Shown: positions 31,131 to 41,059, counted from the stretch's first letter. The stretch is DNA of 64,000 bases from Candidatus Coprousia avicola (GCA_018715125.1 DVMF01000007.1:38452-102451), one strand, 5' to 3'. Numbers and translations: made by a program. The notes: generated from the sequence alone by a model not told the origin.

Positions 31131-33700
31131 GAGAGACCGCCTCCTTGTGCGGTGGGGTTAGGGGCAGGGTCGGCGGCGCTCTCCGGCACGGCGAGCGCCT
31201 CGCGCGCGCGGTCGTGGAGGTACGCCACCACGAGGAGATAGGTCGTTGTGGCCACGAGCGACACGATCCAGCAGACGAGGAGCGCGAACTTCGCCGGGAG
31301 CACAAAGAGCAGGAGCGTGCACGCGAGCGGGACGGCGATGAGCGCGCCTATGCCCCGCCGCACGAGCGCGGGGTAGGCCCGCTCGAACCGGGCCGCGCGC
31401 TCATGGGCGGCGGCGCGCTGCGCGGGCGTGGCGATGAGCGCCCGGAGGCGCCGCTCGAGGGCGCCGGCGGTATCGGCGGGGATGGTGTGCTCGGCCACCA
31501 TGAGGTCCGTCGCGGCGAGGCTGCGGTCGAAAAGCGCGTTTATCGGCACGAGCCGGCGACGCATGCCGAGCCCGATCACGGCCGCCGGCAGCAGGAAGAC
31601 GGCGAGCATGAGGAGGTTTTTGGCATAGAAGTCGCCGTAGAAGCCCGCCACCGCCTCGCGCATGGCGTCGATGCCGTAGGTGAAGGGGAGCCACGGCTCG
31701 AGCGCGCGGAAAAACGGCGGCTGCATCTGGATGGGGTAGAGGCCCGACGCGCCGGGGATCTGCAGCACGACGAGGAGCACGCCGAGGGCCTTGCCGACAT
31801 GCTTGAAGGCGACGGCGAGGGCGTAGACGATCGACACGTAGACAAATGAGGCGACAAGGCCTGCTCCGATGAACGCGGCGGGCGAGACGCACTGCATGCC
31901 GAGGGCGATGTCGCCTGTGCAGCAGATGAGCGCCTGCACCTGCCCGAGCGCGGCGATGAGCGCTCCGCGGCCGAGGGTTGCCTGCCAAGGGGAGACGGCG
32001 CCGATGCCCTCCTCGTCCACCTCGAGCTTGTAGATGGCCACGAGCACGAAGCCGCCGACCCAGAGCGCGAGGTTGGTGTAGAAGGGGGCGACGCCCGAGC
32101 CGTAGTTGCGCACGGGGAAGACAGCCTCGTCGACCAGTGAGACGGGCGAGCCCATGAAAGCGCCCACCGTGGCGGGGTCCAGCGCGATGAGGTCCCGCAC
32201 GACGGGCATCTCGCGCGCGCTCTCTATAAGGGAGAGGTCGCGGGCAAGCGAGTCGACGTCGTCAGCCGCCGCCGTGACCGCGCCGGTGGTGCGGCCCACG
32301 GCGTCTGCCCCCTGGGCGAGAAGCCCGTCGAGCGTGGCGAGCGTGCCGTCCGCCTGGGCGATGAGCGCGCCCACCGATCCGGCGGCGCCCGTGAGAGCGC
32401 CCCCGGCGTCCGCGAAGGCGTCGAGGCCGCTCGAGAGCGCGGGGAGCGTGGTGGTGAGAAGGTCCGCCTGCAGTCCGGTGAGCGACGCGGTTGCCTGCTG
32501 GATGGCGCCGTTGACGGTGGCCGACAGGCCGCGCATGCTCTCGGCGCCCGCCTTGATGTGGTCGGAGACCTGTTGGAGCGCGGCGATGTTGGCCGTGAGG
32601 TCGCCGATGGCGCCGTCGAGGGCGGCGACGGTGCTGTCCATGCGATCGAGCAGGTCTTGGCGCGCCGCGGCTGCCGCGCCTTCGACGCTTGCCGCCGCGA
32701 TCTCGTCGCGCGCGCGGGCGAGGCTGTCGCGCATGCCCTGGAGGTCGCCTGCAACGCCGGTGAGCGCGGCGAGGGCGGCGTCGATCTTGCCCTGCGCCCA
32801 GCCCACGTCGCCGGCAAGGGCGCCGATATCGTAGGCGGCGGTCGATGAGATGCCGGCGACCGTACCCGAGGCGGTGCCGACGGCGCCGGCGATATCACAG
32901 GTGAGCTGCTGCGCGCCCGTGCGCGTCTGGGCGAGGTGCTGCCGGGCGCCGGCAAGCGCGTCGGCAAGGGACGTCGCCGTGGCGGAGAGCTCGGCCATGG
33001 TCGCACGCGTGGCGCCGACGGCCGTGCGCGCGCCGCCCACGCTCTCGCCCGCCTGGGCGAGGCCGTCGCCGAGGTCGCTGAGGAGCCGGGCGCTCTCGGC
33101 GAGCTCGGACGCGGCGCCGGCGCGGGCGTCGTCGAGGGCCGTGGCGCCCGTATCCGCCGCCCCGCTGAGCCGCTCGGCCACGGTCTCGCCCACGAGCGCC
33201 GTGAAGCGTCCGGCGATCTCCTCCTCGAGCGTGCTCGCCCCCGTGTCGGTCACCTTGGGCGCCACGGCGTTCGCCTTCTCGTTCACCAGGTAGGTGATGT
33301 GCGCCGGCTCGGTATCGCCGGTGAGGACGTCGGCGATCCGCGCGGTGAAGTCCGAGGGGATGATGAAGGCGGCGAAGAAGGTGCCGGCGTTCACGCCGTC
33401 TCGCGCCTCCTCGTCGCTGTCGACGAACGTCCAGCCGAGCTGGTCGTTGTGCGCGAGCTCGTCGCGCAGCATCGAGCCGGCGTTGACGGTGCCCATACCG
33501 GGGATATCGGCCCCCTCGTCCGCGATGACGACGGCGATGGGTATGGTCGAGGTGTTCTGGTAGGGGTCGTCGTTGGCGATGATGTTCGTCCACGCGTAGA
33601 GCGAGGGGATGATGCACACGCCGATGGTGATGACAATGGCGACGGGATTTCTTGCGATTCGCTTGAGGTCGCGTACGAAGATGCGCGCAATGGTTCGCAC
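31127..33700 (-). CDS. YhgE/Pip-domain membrane protein (copy 1)
   Basis: IPSLYAWTNI...DPY.NT, VNEK.NAVAPKVT, NYGSGVAPFYTNLALWVG and QIPGASGLYP; overlaps copy 2 by 4 bp. Confidence 0.9.
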   Translation of the reverse strand: MRTIARIFVRDLKRIARNPVAIVITIGVCIIPSLYAWTNIIANDDPYQNTSTIPIAVVIADEGADIPGMGTVNAGSMLRDELAHNDQLGWTFVDSDEEARDGVNAGTFFAAFIIPSDFTARIADVLTGDTEPAHITYLVNEKANAVAPKVTDTGASTLEEEIAGRFTALVGETVAERLSGAADTGATALDDARAGAASELAESARLLSDLGDGLAQAGESVGGARTAVGATRATMAELSATATSLADALAGARQHLAQTRTGAQQLTCDIAGAVGTASGTVAGISSTAAYDIGALAGDVGWAQGKIDAALAALTGVAGDLQGMRDSLARARDEIAAASVEGAAAAARQDLLDRMDSTVAALDGAIGDLTANIAALQQVSDHIKAGAESMRGLSATVNGAIQQATASLTGLQADLLTTTLPALSSGLDAFADAGGALTGAAGSVGALIAQADGTLATLDGLLAQGADAVGRTTGAVTAAADDVDSLARDLSLIESAREMPVVRDLIALDPATVGAFMGSPVSLVDEAVFPVRNYGSGVAPFYTNLALWVGGFVLVAIYKLEVDEEGIGAVSPWQATLGRGALIAALGQVQALICCTGDIALGMQCVSPAAFIGAGLVASFVYVSIVYALAVAFKHVGKALGVLLVVLQIPGASGLYPIQMQPPFFRALEPWLPFTYGIDAMREAVAGFYGDFYAKNLLMLAVFLLPAAVIGLGMRRRLVPINALFDRSLAATDLMVAEHTIPADTAGALERRLRALIATPAQRAAAHERAARFERAYPALVRRGIGALIAVPLACTLLLFVLPAKFALLVCWIVSLVATTTYLLVVAYLHDRAREALAVPESAADPAPNPTAQGGGLS

Positions 33701-33836
33701 GATGCTGCCTTTCTCTCGCGGTGGCTCCTGAGAGTCAGGCAGCGATAATACCCAATTAGCGATTAAAACACACTTGTGGAATAATTAACGGTGGCTAAGC
33801 CATGGAGACGGCCCTCATGGGGAGTAACGGACAAAG

Positions 33837-34595
33837 GTGGTCGCTATGGGGAGAAATGAGGGGCAGACGTGTGCGATGCGGCGGGAAGCGACGGGGGCGG
33901 TCGCATCGCGCGGGGCTGCGTCCGGCGCGGGCGCGCGTACGGCGCGACCGGCGGGCGTCGATCGGCGCGTCGTGCGGAGCCGCCGCGCAATCATGCAGGC
34001 GTTTGAGGAGCTGCTCGCCGAGCGTCCGCTCGATAAGATCACGGTGAGCGCGATCGCTCAACGGGCGGATGTGGACCGCAAGACGTTCTACCAGCACTTC
34101 GGGAGCATCTCGGGCCTCATCGACGCGCTTGCCGACGACTTCGCCGCCCGCGTGCTCGACGGTGTGGCGGCACCCGACGCAACGGGCATGCCGGCCAAGG
34201 CGCCCGGAGGCATGGAGGGCGGTCCCGAAGCCGCGGCTCTTGACACGGCGGCCGGCGCGCCCACCCTGCGCATGTTCTTCACCGCCCTCGCGCGCAACTT
34301 GAGCGCGGGCCTCGTGCGGGAGCGCGGCTTTTTCGAGCACATGCCGGCAGATGTCCTCTACGACCGGCTCTACGCCCCCTTTGAGCGGCAGATTCTCGCG
34401 CGCGGCCTCGTCGACGGGCTCATCGCGCCCGATGCCGCCCGGCCCGCGCTCTCGTTCGTGCTCGGCGGCATGCTCTCGCTCATGCGCTGGTGGCTCGGGC
34501 ACGGCGAGGCGCTCGAGCTCGACGAGGTGGTGGCGCTCGCCTCGGTGCTCACCGAGCACGGGCTCGCGGGCGCGGTCGGCGGGCGAGGCGCTTAG
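33837..34595 (+). CDS. TetR/AcrR-family regulator (true start may lie further downstream)
   Basis: DRRVVRSRRAI...KITVSAIAQRADVDRKTFYQHF helix-turn-helix; divergent from the yhgE/pip pair. Confidence 0.9.
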   Translation: MVAMGRNEGQTCAMRREATGAVASRGAASGAGARTARPAGVDRRVVRSRRAIMQAFEELLAERPLDKITVSAIAQRADVDRKTFYQHFGSISGLIDALADDFAARVLDGVAAPDATGMPAKAPGGMEGGPEAAALDTAAGAPTLRMFFTALARNLSAGLVRERGFFEHMPADVLYDRLYAPFERQILARGLVDGLIAPDAARPALSFVLGGMLSLMRWWLGHGEALELDEVVALASVLTEHGLAGAVGGRGA

Positions 34596-35620
34596 GCGCG
34601 CTCGGCCAGATCGAGGATGAGCTGGGCGGTCTTTGCCCAGCCGAGGCAGGGGTCGGTGATGGACTTGCCCCACACGCCGCCGTCGACGGGCTGGTTGCCG
34701 TCCTCGAGGTAGCTCTCGACCATGAAGCCGCGCACGATGCCGCGGATCTGGTCGTTGCGCCGGCAGGAGTCGAGCACCTCCTTGCAGATGCGCAGCTGCT
34801 CGAGCGGGCGCTTGCCGGAGTTGTCGTGGTTGCAGTCCACGATGACGGCGGGGTTGGCGTACTTGTCGGCCGTGTAGTTCTGGGCGAGGCGCTCGAGGTG
34901 CTCGTAGTGGTAGTTGGGGTACGTGCGCCCGTCGAGACCGATGTAGCCGCGCAGCACGGCGTGCGCGAGCGGGTTGCCGGGCGTCTCGACCTCCCAGTTG
35001 CGGAAAATGAAAGACTGCTCCGCCTGGGCGGCGTAAATGGAGTTCAGCATGACGCTCGTCGAGCCGGCCGTCGGGTTCTTCATGCCCACGGGCACGGTCA
35101 CGCCCGAGGCGACGAGGCGGTGCTCCTGGTTCTCGACGGAGCGCGCACCCACCGCAACGTAGGACAGCAGGTCGATCAGGTACTGGTAGTTGGTGGGGTA
35201 GAGCATCTCGTCGGCGGTGAACATGCCCGTCTCCTCGATGACGCGCAGGTGCATCCGACGGATGGCCTTCACGCCCTCGAGGAGGTCGTCAGGCGCCTCG
35301 GGGTCGGGGTTGTGGAGGAGCCCCTTGTAGCCCGTGCCCTTGGTGCGGGGCTTGTTGGTATAGACGCGCGGGATGATGACGATCTTCTCGCTGACCTCTT
35401 GGGCGATGGCGGCGAGGCGCTCCATGTAGGCGAGGACCGAGTCCTCGCGGTCCGCCGAGCAGGGGCCGATGATGAGGAGCTTGCGCGGGTCCTCGCCCGT
35501 AAAGATGCGGGCGACTTCCGCGTCGAAGGCGGCCTTCTTCTCGACCAGGTCGGCCGAGAGGGGCATCTCCTCGCGGATGTCCTTGGGGATGGGCAGCAGG
35601 CGCTTGAACTTCATCGGCAT
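34592..35620 (-). CDS. 3-deoxy-7-phosphoheptulonate (DAHP) synthase, class I
   Basis: IIGPCS, RVYTNKPRT, VGARS, GMKNPT and DCNHDNS...SITDPC. Confidence 0.95.
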   Translation of the reverse strand: MPMKFKRLLPIPKDIREEMPLSADLVEKKAAFDAEVARIFTGEDPRKLLIIGPCSADREDSVLAYMERLAAIAQEVSEKIVIIPRVYTNKPRTKGTGYKGLLHNPDPEAPDDLLEGVKAIRRMHLRVIEETGMFTADEMLYPTNYQYLIDLLSYVAVGARSVENQEHRLVASGVTVPVGMKNPTAGSTSVMLNSIYAAQAEQSFIFRNWEVETPGNPLAHAVLRGYIGLDGRTYPNYHYEHLERLAQNYTADKYANPAVIVDCNHDNSGKRPLEQLRICKEVLDSCRRNDQIRGIVRGFMVESYLEDGNQPVDGGVWGKSITDPCLGWAKTAQLILDLAERA

Positions 35621-35752
35621 GGCGGGTCCTTCGGTCGGGGTTCTCATGTTGGGGAGATGCTACCAAAAGGCGCCCGCGGCCCGCGGGCGGGTGCGGGCGC
35701 GTAACCGATTTGTGACAGAGGGGGCGGGCTCCCGTCGCCCCGGCTGCGGCGG

Positions 35753-37069
35753 CTACTCGCTGACGAGGCTCACAAAGCCGTCGAGGGTGTACTCGCCCGA
35801 GATGCGCACGCGGGGAAGCGACCGCAGGTCGTCGCCCGGCGTGGCCCAGCGGTTCTCCGTGGTGAAGGCGCAGAGGATCCCGGCGTCGTCCACCGCGGCG
35901 CGCGCGTCGTCGGTCACGTCGCCATACGGGTAGGCGAGGGCCTCGTGCGTGCCGAGGACCGCCTGCGCCTGCTTGAGGTCGTCGGCGATCTCGGCGCGGG
36001 TGAGGGCGCTCACGATGCCGCCGTGGCCGATGGTGCCGCCGGCGCGGTGCATGTTGTAGCTGTGCGACTGGAACGTCACGTAGGGACTCGCGTGCGCGAC
36101 GACGCGCTCGCCGGCATCGGGTTCGCTCGCGATGATGAACGACGTCGCAGGGACCTGGTACTCCTCCAGAAGCTCGATGCCGCGGGTAAGGAAGCCCGCC
36201 TCGCCGTCGTCGAACGTGAGCACGATGCTCTTGGCCGGGAGGCTGTGCGTGCCCGCGAGGTAGGCGCGCACCTCCTCGTAGGAGGGGAAGTAGAACTCGT
36301 TCTCAGTGAGGTAGGCGAGCTGCTCGGCGAGCTTGGTGTCGAGCAGGTAGTTGCCGTTGAGGTTCTCGGGAGGGGCGTCCGCCGTGTAGACGTAGTGGTA
36401 CATGAGCACGGGGACGCCCGTCTGCATGGTCTCCATGGTGTCGACCACGTGCACGCGGCGCTCGGCGGTGGCCGTGCCGCCGTCGGGGTCCGCCACGGTG
36501 TAGGTGACGGTGTAGTCGCCCGCCTTGGTCGTGTCCACCTCGCCCGCGGCGGTCACCTCGCTGTTCAGGATGCCGTGGACGGGGTCGGTCGCGTGCGCGC
36601 CGGCCTCGAGGTACTCCTCGCCGGTGAGCACGTAGGTGTCAGCATCGCCGTTGAGACCGATGACGATATCGCTCTTTGCCGCGGCGGCGGAATCCGCTAT
36701 CACTGCGGGGTCCGCCGGGGCGGGCGCGTCATGTCCGGCGCCCGTTACCGCGCCGATGAGCGCGCCCGCCACGGTGACGACGCCCCAGAGCGCGAGACCG
36801 ACGACGGCGAGGGCGGCGAGCCCCAAGAGCCGGGGCGCTCGGCGTCGCCGGGGCGCTGCCGGGCGCTGGGGCGCTGGCCGGGCACCCTGCGGCCGGGTGG
36901 CATGCGTGCGCGCTGCTCGTGGTGGTTGCCGCGGAGCTCCGGCGGGCGCCGGACGCCGTCCCGTTCCGGCATGCGATCCGGTATGCGGCTCGACGCGTCG
37001 CGGATGGGGGCGCTGTCCCGCCCCCGCGTATCGATTCGAACCCGTCCTCGGCTGTCGCTCTTGATGCAT
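35753..37069 (-). CDS. Membrane-anchored polysaccharide deacetylase with an Ig-like (DUF5011-type) domain
   Basis: Basic N-terminal tail, one transmembrane helix, GDYTVTYTVAD Ig-like repeat, PVLMYH, LTFDDG, FQSHS and LAYPYG. Confidence 0.85.
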   Translation of the reverse strand: MHQERQPRTGSNRYAGAGQRPHPRRVEPHTGSHAGTGRRPAPAGAPRQPPRAARTHATRPQGARPAPQRPAAPRRRRAPRLLGLAALAVVGLALWGVVTVAGALIGAVTGAGHDAPAPADPAVIADSAAAAKSDIVIGLNGDADTYVLTGEEYLEAGAHATDPVHGILNSEVTAAGEVDTTKAGDYTVTYTVADPDGGTATAERRVHVVDTMETMQTGVPVLMYHYVYTADAPPENLNGNYLLDTKLAEQLAYLTENEFYFPSYEEVRAYLAGTHSLPAKSIVLTFDDGEAGFLTRGIELLEEYQVPATSFIIASEPDAGERVVAHASPYVTFQSHSYNMHRAGGTIGHGGIVSALTRAEIADDLKQAQAVLGTHEALAYPYGDVTDDARAAVDDAGILCAFTTENRWATPGDDLRSLPRVRISGEYTLDGFVSLVSE

Positions 37070-37129
37070 GACGCTTCCCCTCGTCTCGAGTCCGTGACCG
37101 CCGCGCCTTCGCGGAGACGCCTGTGCGGC

Positions 37130-38101
37130 CTATTTGGCAAACATGCTCTTAAGATTGAATTCGGCCTGCACGGTCCGGAGCATCAGGTCCGTGTCGTCGA
37201 GGCCGAGGTGGCGCTCCGCCTCGCCGGCGTCGAGCGTGCCGCGGCGGCGCGCCCAGTTCTCCAGGCTCGCGGGTGCGGACTCGCGCGGCAGCGATTGGAC
37301 CTCGTTGTCGAGTTTGCGGCAGATGTCGCGCGAGTCGACGACCACGATCTTGCCCGCGCGCCTGGCCTCGGCGTACCCATCGAGGTGCAGCTTGAACCAC
37401 GAGTCCTCGAACGCGGCGTTGTGCGCCATGATGGGATAGCGCTTCATGAGCTTCAGGAGCTTGGCCTGCAGCTTCTTGTCCTCACGGAAAGGCGTTTTGC
37501 CCTCGATGTCCGCCCACTGGATGTGGTGGATGTGCTCGAGCGGCACGCCGGTCTCCTTATACGGGTCCTCGGGGATGCCGAAGTACGCGGCCTCGCCGTC
37601 GCGCGGGACCGCGTCGCTGGTGAGGTCCATGAGCTCCCAGCCGGCGTTTAAGATGTAGCCGCGCTCGGGGGCGGTGCCGGTCGTCTCGATGTCGATGCCG
37701 AGGACGGTGCCCTTGATGGGCTTGCGCACGTAGGCGACGGCGTAGGCGTTGCGGTCGCCGCGCACCTCGCGCGCCACGGCCGATGCGGCGCGCTTCTGCA
37801 GGGCGCCGATGCCCGCGCACAGGTCCTCGTCGGTGAGGCCGCGGGCAAGGAAGCTGCTCGAGAGGTTGCGCAGGCGCGTCTCGCCGATGGCGTCGCAGAC
37901 GGCGCGGTTGCGGTCGCCGAGCTCGCGCACGAGGTCGTAGGAGAACGGCTCCTCGGCCGCGTTGCGCCATTCGGTGTCGAGCGTCTTCATGGCGTCCTCG
38001 CCCTTCAGGCGCTCAGCCTCCATCACCTCGTAGCCGCTGCCAAAGATGAGTTCGGGAAAGTAATACGAATTGGCGTAATCGAGTGCTTCCTGGACCTTCA
38101 C
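37130..38101 (-). CDS. DEDDh 3'-5' exonuclease with an uncharacterised N-terminal region
   Basis: GIDIETTG, AHNAAFE and RHLGLDD. Confidence 0.82.
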   Translation of the reverse strand: MKVQEALDYANSYYFPELIFGSGYEVMEAERLKGEDAMKTLDTEWRNAAEEPFSYDLVRELGDRNRAVCDAIGETRLRNLSSSFLARGLTDEDLCAGIGALQKRAASAVAREVRGDRNAYAVAYVRKPIKGTVLGIDIETTGTAPERGYILNAGWELMDLTSDAVPRDGEAAYFGIPEDPYKETGVPLEHIHHIQWADIEGKTPFREDKKLQAKLLKLMKRYPIMAHNAAFEDSWFKLHLDGYAEARRAGKIVVVDSRDICRKLDNEVQSLPRESAPASLENWARRRGTLDAGEAERHLGLDDTDLMLRTVQAEFNLKSMFAK

Positions 38102-38274
38102 GGGGTCTCCTCTCGGTTCTGCGCCTGTGTGCGGCGCGTGCGTATGTTTGCTATATGAAACTCCTGTAGTACCATACCGTGACCGGCCCCTGTTCGCACC
38201 CGCCGGGGTAGGAAGGGTATGAACCTTTCACAACGCACCATGATAGAAGATTGCGCGCGAGGAGAATGAGCGTA

Positions 38275-39360
38275 ATGGATTTGTTCTGGCATGTCATCGA
38301 GCACAGCGTGGAGGACACGCTGCCGCTCGTCCCGTTTCTGTTCCTGACCTATCTGGCCCTCGAGCTGCTCGAGCACGCCGCCGGCACGCGCGCCGGGGCG
38401 CTCGTCCGCCGCGCCGGCGCCGCCGGTCCCGTGGTGGGCGCGCTTTTGGGCATCGTGCCCCAGTGCGGCTTCTCGGCCATGGGCGCGACGCTCTACGCCG
38501 GGCGCGTCATCACGCTCGGCACGCTCGTCGCGGTCTTTCTCTCCACATCGGACGAGATGCTGCCGCTGCTCGTCGCCGAGCAGGTGGACGCGGGCCTTGT
38601 CGCCACGGTCCTGCTGACCAAGGCGGCCGTCGCGGCCGTGGTGGGCCTTGCGGTCGACGCCTGTGTGCGGGCGCTGCGCAACAACCCGCGGGCGCATGCC
38701 CTCGTGCGCCGCGGCGTGCACGGTGCGGCCGTGTCCGCCGCCCCCGACCTTATCGACGAGCTCGCCGAGGCGGGCGAGGGCACGGCACACATCCATCGCC
38801 TCTGCGAGCGCGACCATTGCGGTTGCGACGATGACGGGGAGCCGGGCGCCGGGCACGCCGCGGTGGAGGGCCCTGCCCATCTCGAGGGCGACGGGTGCGC
38901 CGCCGCGCCGGACGGGCAGACTGCAGACGGGCACGCGCATGCCCATGGGCACCACCATCATGCAGGGCCTCTCGCCATCGTGCGGAGCGCGCTCTCGCAT
39001 ACGGTGCAGGTGACGCTCTTCATCTTTCTCGTCACGCTCGCCTTGGTCGCGGTGCTCGAGGGCGCGGGCGAGGAGGCGCTCGCGGGCTTCCTCGCGGGCA
39101 ACGAGACGCTCGCCGTATTCGCCTCGGCCCTCGTCGGCCTCATTCCCAACTGCGCGGCGAGCGTGGTCGTGACGCAGCTCTATCTCGAGGGCGTCCTCTC
39201 GTTCAGCGCGATGATCGCCGGTACGCTCGCGGGCGCCGGCACGGGCTTTCTCGTGCTGTTCCGCACCAACGCGAGCGCGCGCGAGAACGTGCTCATCCTT
39301 CTTCTGCTGTGGTGCACGGCCGTCGTCTGCGGCCTCGTCCTCGCGCTTTTCGGTCTGTAG
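38275..39360 (+). CDS. Putative metal permease (DUF2899/ArsP-like) with a His/Cys-rich loop
   Basis: PQCGFSA, LSTSDEMLP and GLIPNCAASV motifs; central HIHRLCERDHCGC...HAHAHGHHHH. Confidence 0.75.
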   Translation: MDLFWHVIEHSVEDTLPLVPFLFLTYLALELLEHAAGTRAGALVRRAGAAGPVVGALLGIVPQCGFSAMGATLYAGRVITLGTLVAVFLSTSDEMLPLLVAEQVDAGLVATVLLTKAAVAAVVGLAVDACVRALRNNPRAHALVRRGVHGAAVSAAPDLIDELAEAGEGTAHIHRLCERDHCGCDDDGEPGAGHAAVEGPAHLEGDGCAAAPDGQTADGHAHAHGHHHHAGPLAIVRSALSHTVQVTLFIFLVTLALVAVLEGAGEEALAGFLAGNETLAVFASALVGLIPNCAASVVVTQLYLEGVLSFSAMIAGTLAGAGTGFLVLFRTNASARENVLILLLLWCTAVVCGLVLALFGL

Positions 39361-39454
39361 GCTGACCCCGCGGGCGCTAGGCTCCCGCCGTCTGACGCCC
39401 GACGGTGGGACCGGCGGCTTCAAGCCCCATGGTGCCCGCCCCGACGCCCCGACC

Positions 39455-39712
39455 GTACACTCGCGCGTACATTGCCGCGCGTTTTGCCCGGGCCTCGGGA
39501 CATTTTTCGCGGCAAAGAACCCGTCAATGTACGCGCGAATGTACGGTCGGAGAAAGCGCTGGTAGCGGGCTGCACATTTTCCCTCGCAATGTACGCTCAG
39601 CCCCGTCTTGGCTCCCGCAGCGCCCTTTTTAGTACATTGCGCGCGATATTGTACCGAGGCCCGGGCAAAAGGCCCCGCAATGTACGCGGCAATGTACGCG
39701 GCAATGTGCGCG
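39455..39712. repeat. Intergenic CAATGTAC motif array with nested inverted repeats
   Basis: About ten motif copies in both orientations, inverted-repeat pairs 39482-39498/39654-39670 and 39464-39478/39686-39700, and a 3x12-bp tandem GCAATGTACGCG at 39677-39712. Confidence 0.78.
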
Positions 39713-39763
39713 CCTGTGCGGGGCGCGGGCGGGAGGCCGGCAGAAGGACGCGTGCCCTGCCCG

Positions 39764-41017
39764 CTACGCGATGCGGTGGATAAAGAGGCCGCTTCTGAGC
39801 TTGGGCTCGAACCACGTCGACTTGGGCGGCATGAGGAGGCCCGCATCGGCGACGGCCATGAGCTCGTCGACCGTCGTCGCGAAGAGCGTAAAAGCCGCCC
39901 CCTCGGATCCCGCGCGCCCCTCAAGCTCCGCCGTGCCGCGGATGCCGCCCACAAAGGCGATGCGCGGATCCTCGCGGGGGTCGTCGATGCCGAGGACGGG
40001 ACCCAAGATCCGCTCCTGCAGAAGGGAGACGTCGAGCGCCTCGACAGGACCCGCCTCCCGGGCTGCCGTGCGGATGTCGTCGTGCGCGGTGAGGCGCCAC
40101 CAGGAGCCGTCGGTGTAGAGCCCCATCACGCCGGGCGCCTCAGGCTCAACGGGTGCCGATGCCGGCTCGACGGCGAACCCGGCATCGGCGATCGCGTCGC
40201 AGAGCTCGCGGGCGCTGAGCCCGGCGCGGTCGCGCACCACGCGGTTGTAAGGGAGCACGGTGAGCTCGCTCGCGGGGAAGAGCACGGCGAGGAAGTAGTT
40301 GAACGGCTCCTTGCCGGTGTAGGTGCCGGCGGCCTTCGCCTCCGCGCGCATCTCGTGGGCGACGCGCATGGCCGATGCGGTGCGATGGTGCCCGTCGGCG
40401 ATGTAGGCGCACGGCACGCGGCCGAACATCTCCCGTATGGCCTCGACGCTCTCGGGCCGGCGCACCTCCCACACGCGCTGGCGCACGCCCTCGTCGTCAG
40501 TGAAGTCGTAGAGGGGGGTGGCGCCCTTGGCGGTGGAGAGGATGAACGAGAGCACCGGCTCGTCGCGGTAGGTCAGAAAGATCGGACCGGTCTGGCAGCC
40601 CAGCGCGCGGATATGCGCGGCGCGGTCGAGCTCCTTCTCGGGGCGCGTGTTCTCGTGCTTCTTGATGGTGCCGTCGTCGTACTCGTCGACCGAGCAGACG
40701 CCGACGAGCCCCGTCTGCGAGCGACCGCCCTGCGTCAGTTCGTACAGGTAGTAGCTCATGGCTGGGTCGGGGAAATAGCTATGGTCGTCGAGGCGCTCGC
40801 GGAGAAGCTCCGCCGCGCGCTCGTATACCTCGGGCGCGTACATGTCCTGATCGGGCGGGAACTGCGTCTCCGGGCGATCGATGGCGAGAAACGAGCCCGG
40901 GTGCGCCGCGACGTAGCTTGCCGCCTCCGCGCGGTCGAAGACGTCGTAGGGCAGCGCGGCGGCTTCGGCGGCGCGCTCGGGAATCGGGCGGATGCAGGGG
41001 AACGGCAAGACCTTCAT
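39764..41017 (-). CDS. DUF1015-family protein
   Basis: LPYDV, IKKHENT, YIADGHHR and MPPKSTWFEPKLRSGL; lies downstream of serC-serA. Confidence 0.9.
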   Translation of the reverse strand: MKVLPFPCIRPIPERAAEAAALPYDVFDRAEAASYVAAHPGSFLAIDRPETQFPPDQDMYAPEVYERAAELLRERLDDHSYFPDPAMSYYLYELTQGGRSQTGLVGVCSVDEYDDGTIKKHENTRPEKELDRAAHIRALGCQTGPIFLTYRDEPVLSFILSTAKGATPLYDFTDDEGVRQRVWEVRRPESVEAIREMFGRVPCAYIADGHHRTASAMRVAHEMRAEAKAAGTYTGKEPFNYFLAVLFPASELTVLPYNRVVRDRAGLSARELCDAIADAGFAVEPASAPVEPEAPGVMGLYTDGSWWRLTAHDDIRTAAREAGPVEALDVSLLQERILGPVLGIDDPREDPRIAFVGGIRGTAELEGRAGSEGAAFTLFATTVDELMAVADAGLLMPPKSTWFEPKLRSGLFIHRIA

Positions 41018-41059
41018 GGGTGTCCTTTCGGGGGCGGTGCCCGGGGCGGCGTGCAAGGG

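Noticed and set aside
38218-38235. TATGAAC half-site upstream of the metal permease as a CadC operator
   Set aside because: The second half-site (GTTCATA) is absent, so a chance match is likely.
38098-39954. 618-aa minus-strand ORF, and other long antisense ORFs such as 39608..42652 +, 54930..58163 -, 21871..24120 +, 50953..53646 + and 13679..15802 +
   Set aside because: These are shadow ORFs opposite well-supported genes. They are expected in high-GC DNA, have no family motifs, and show the typical antisense amino-acid composition.
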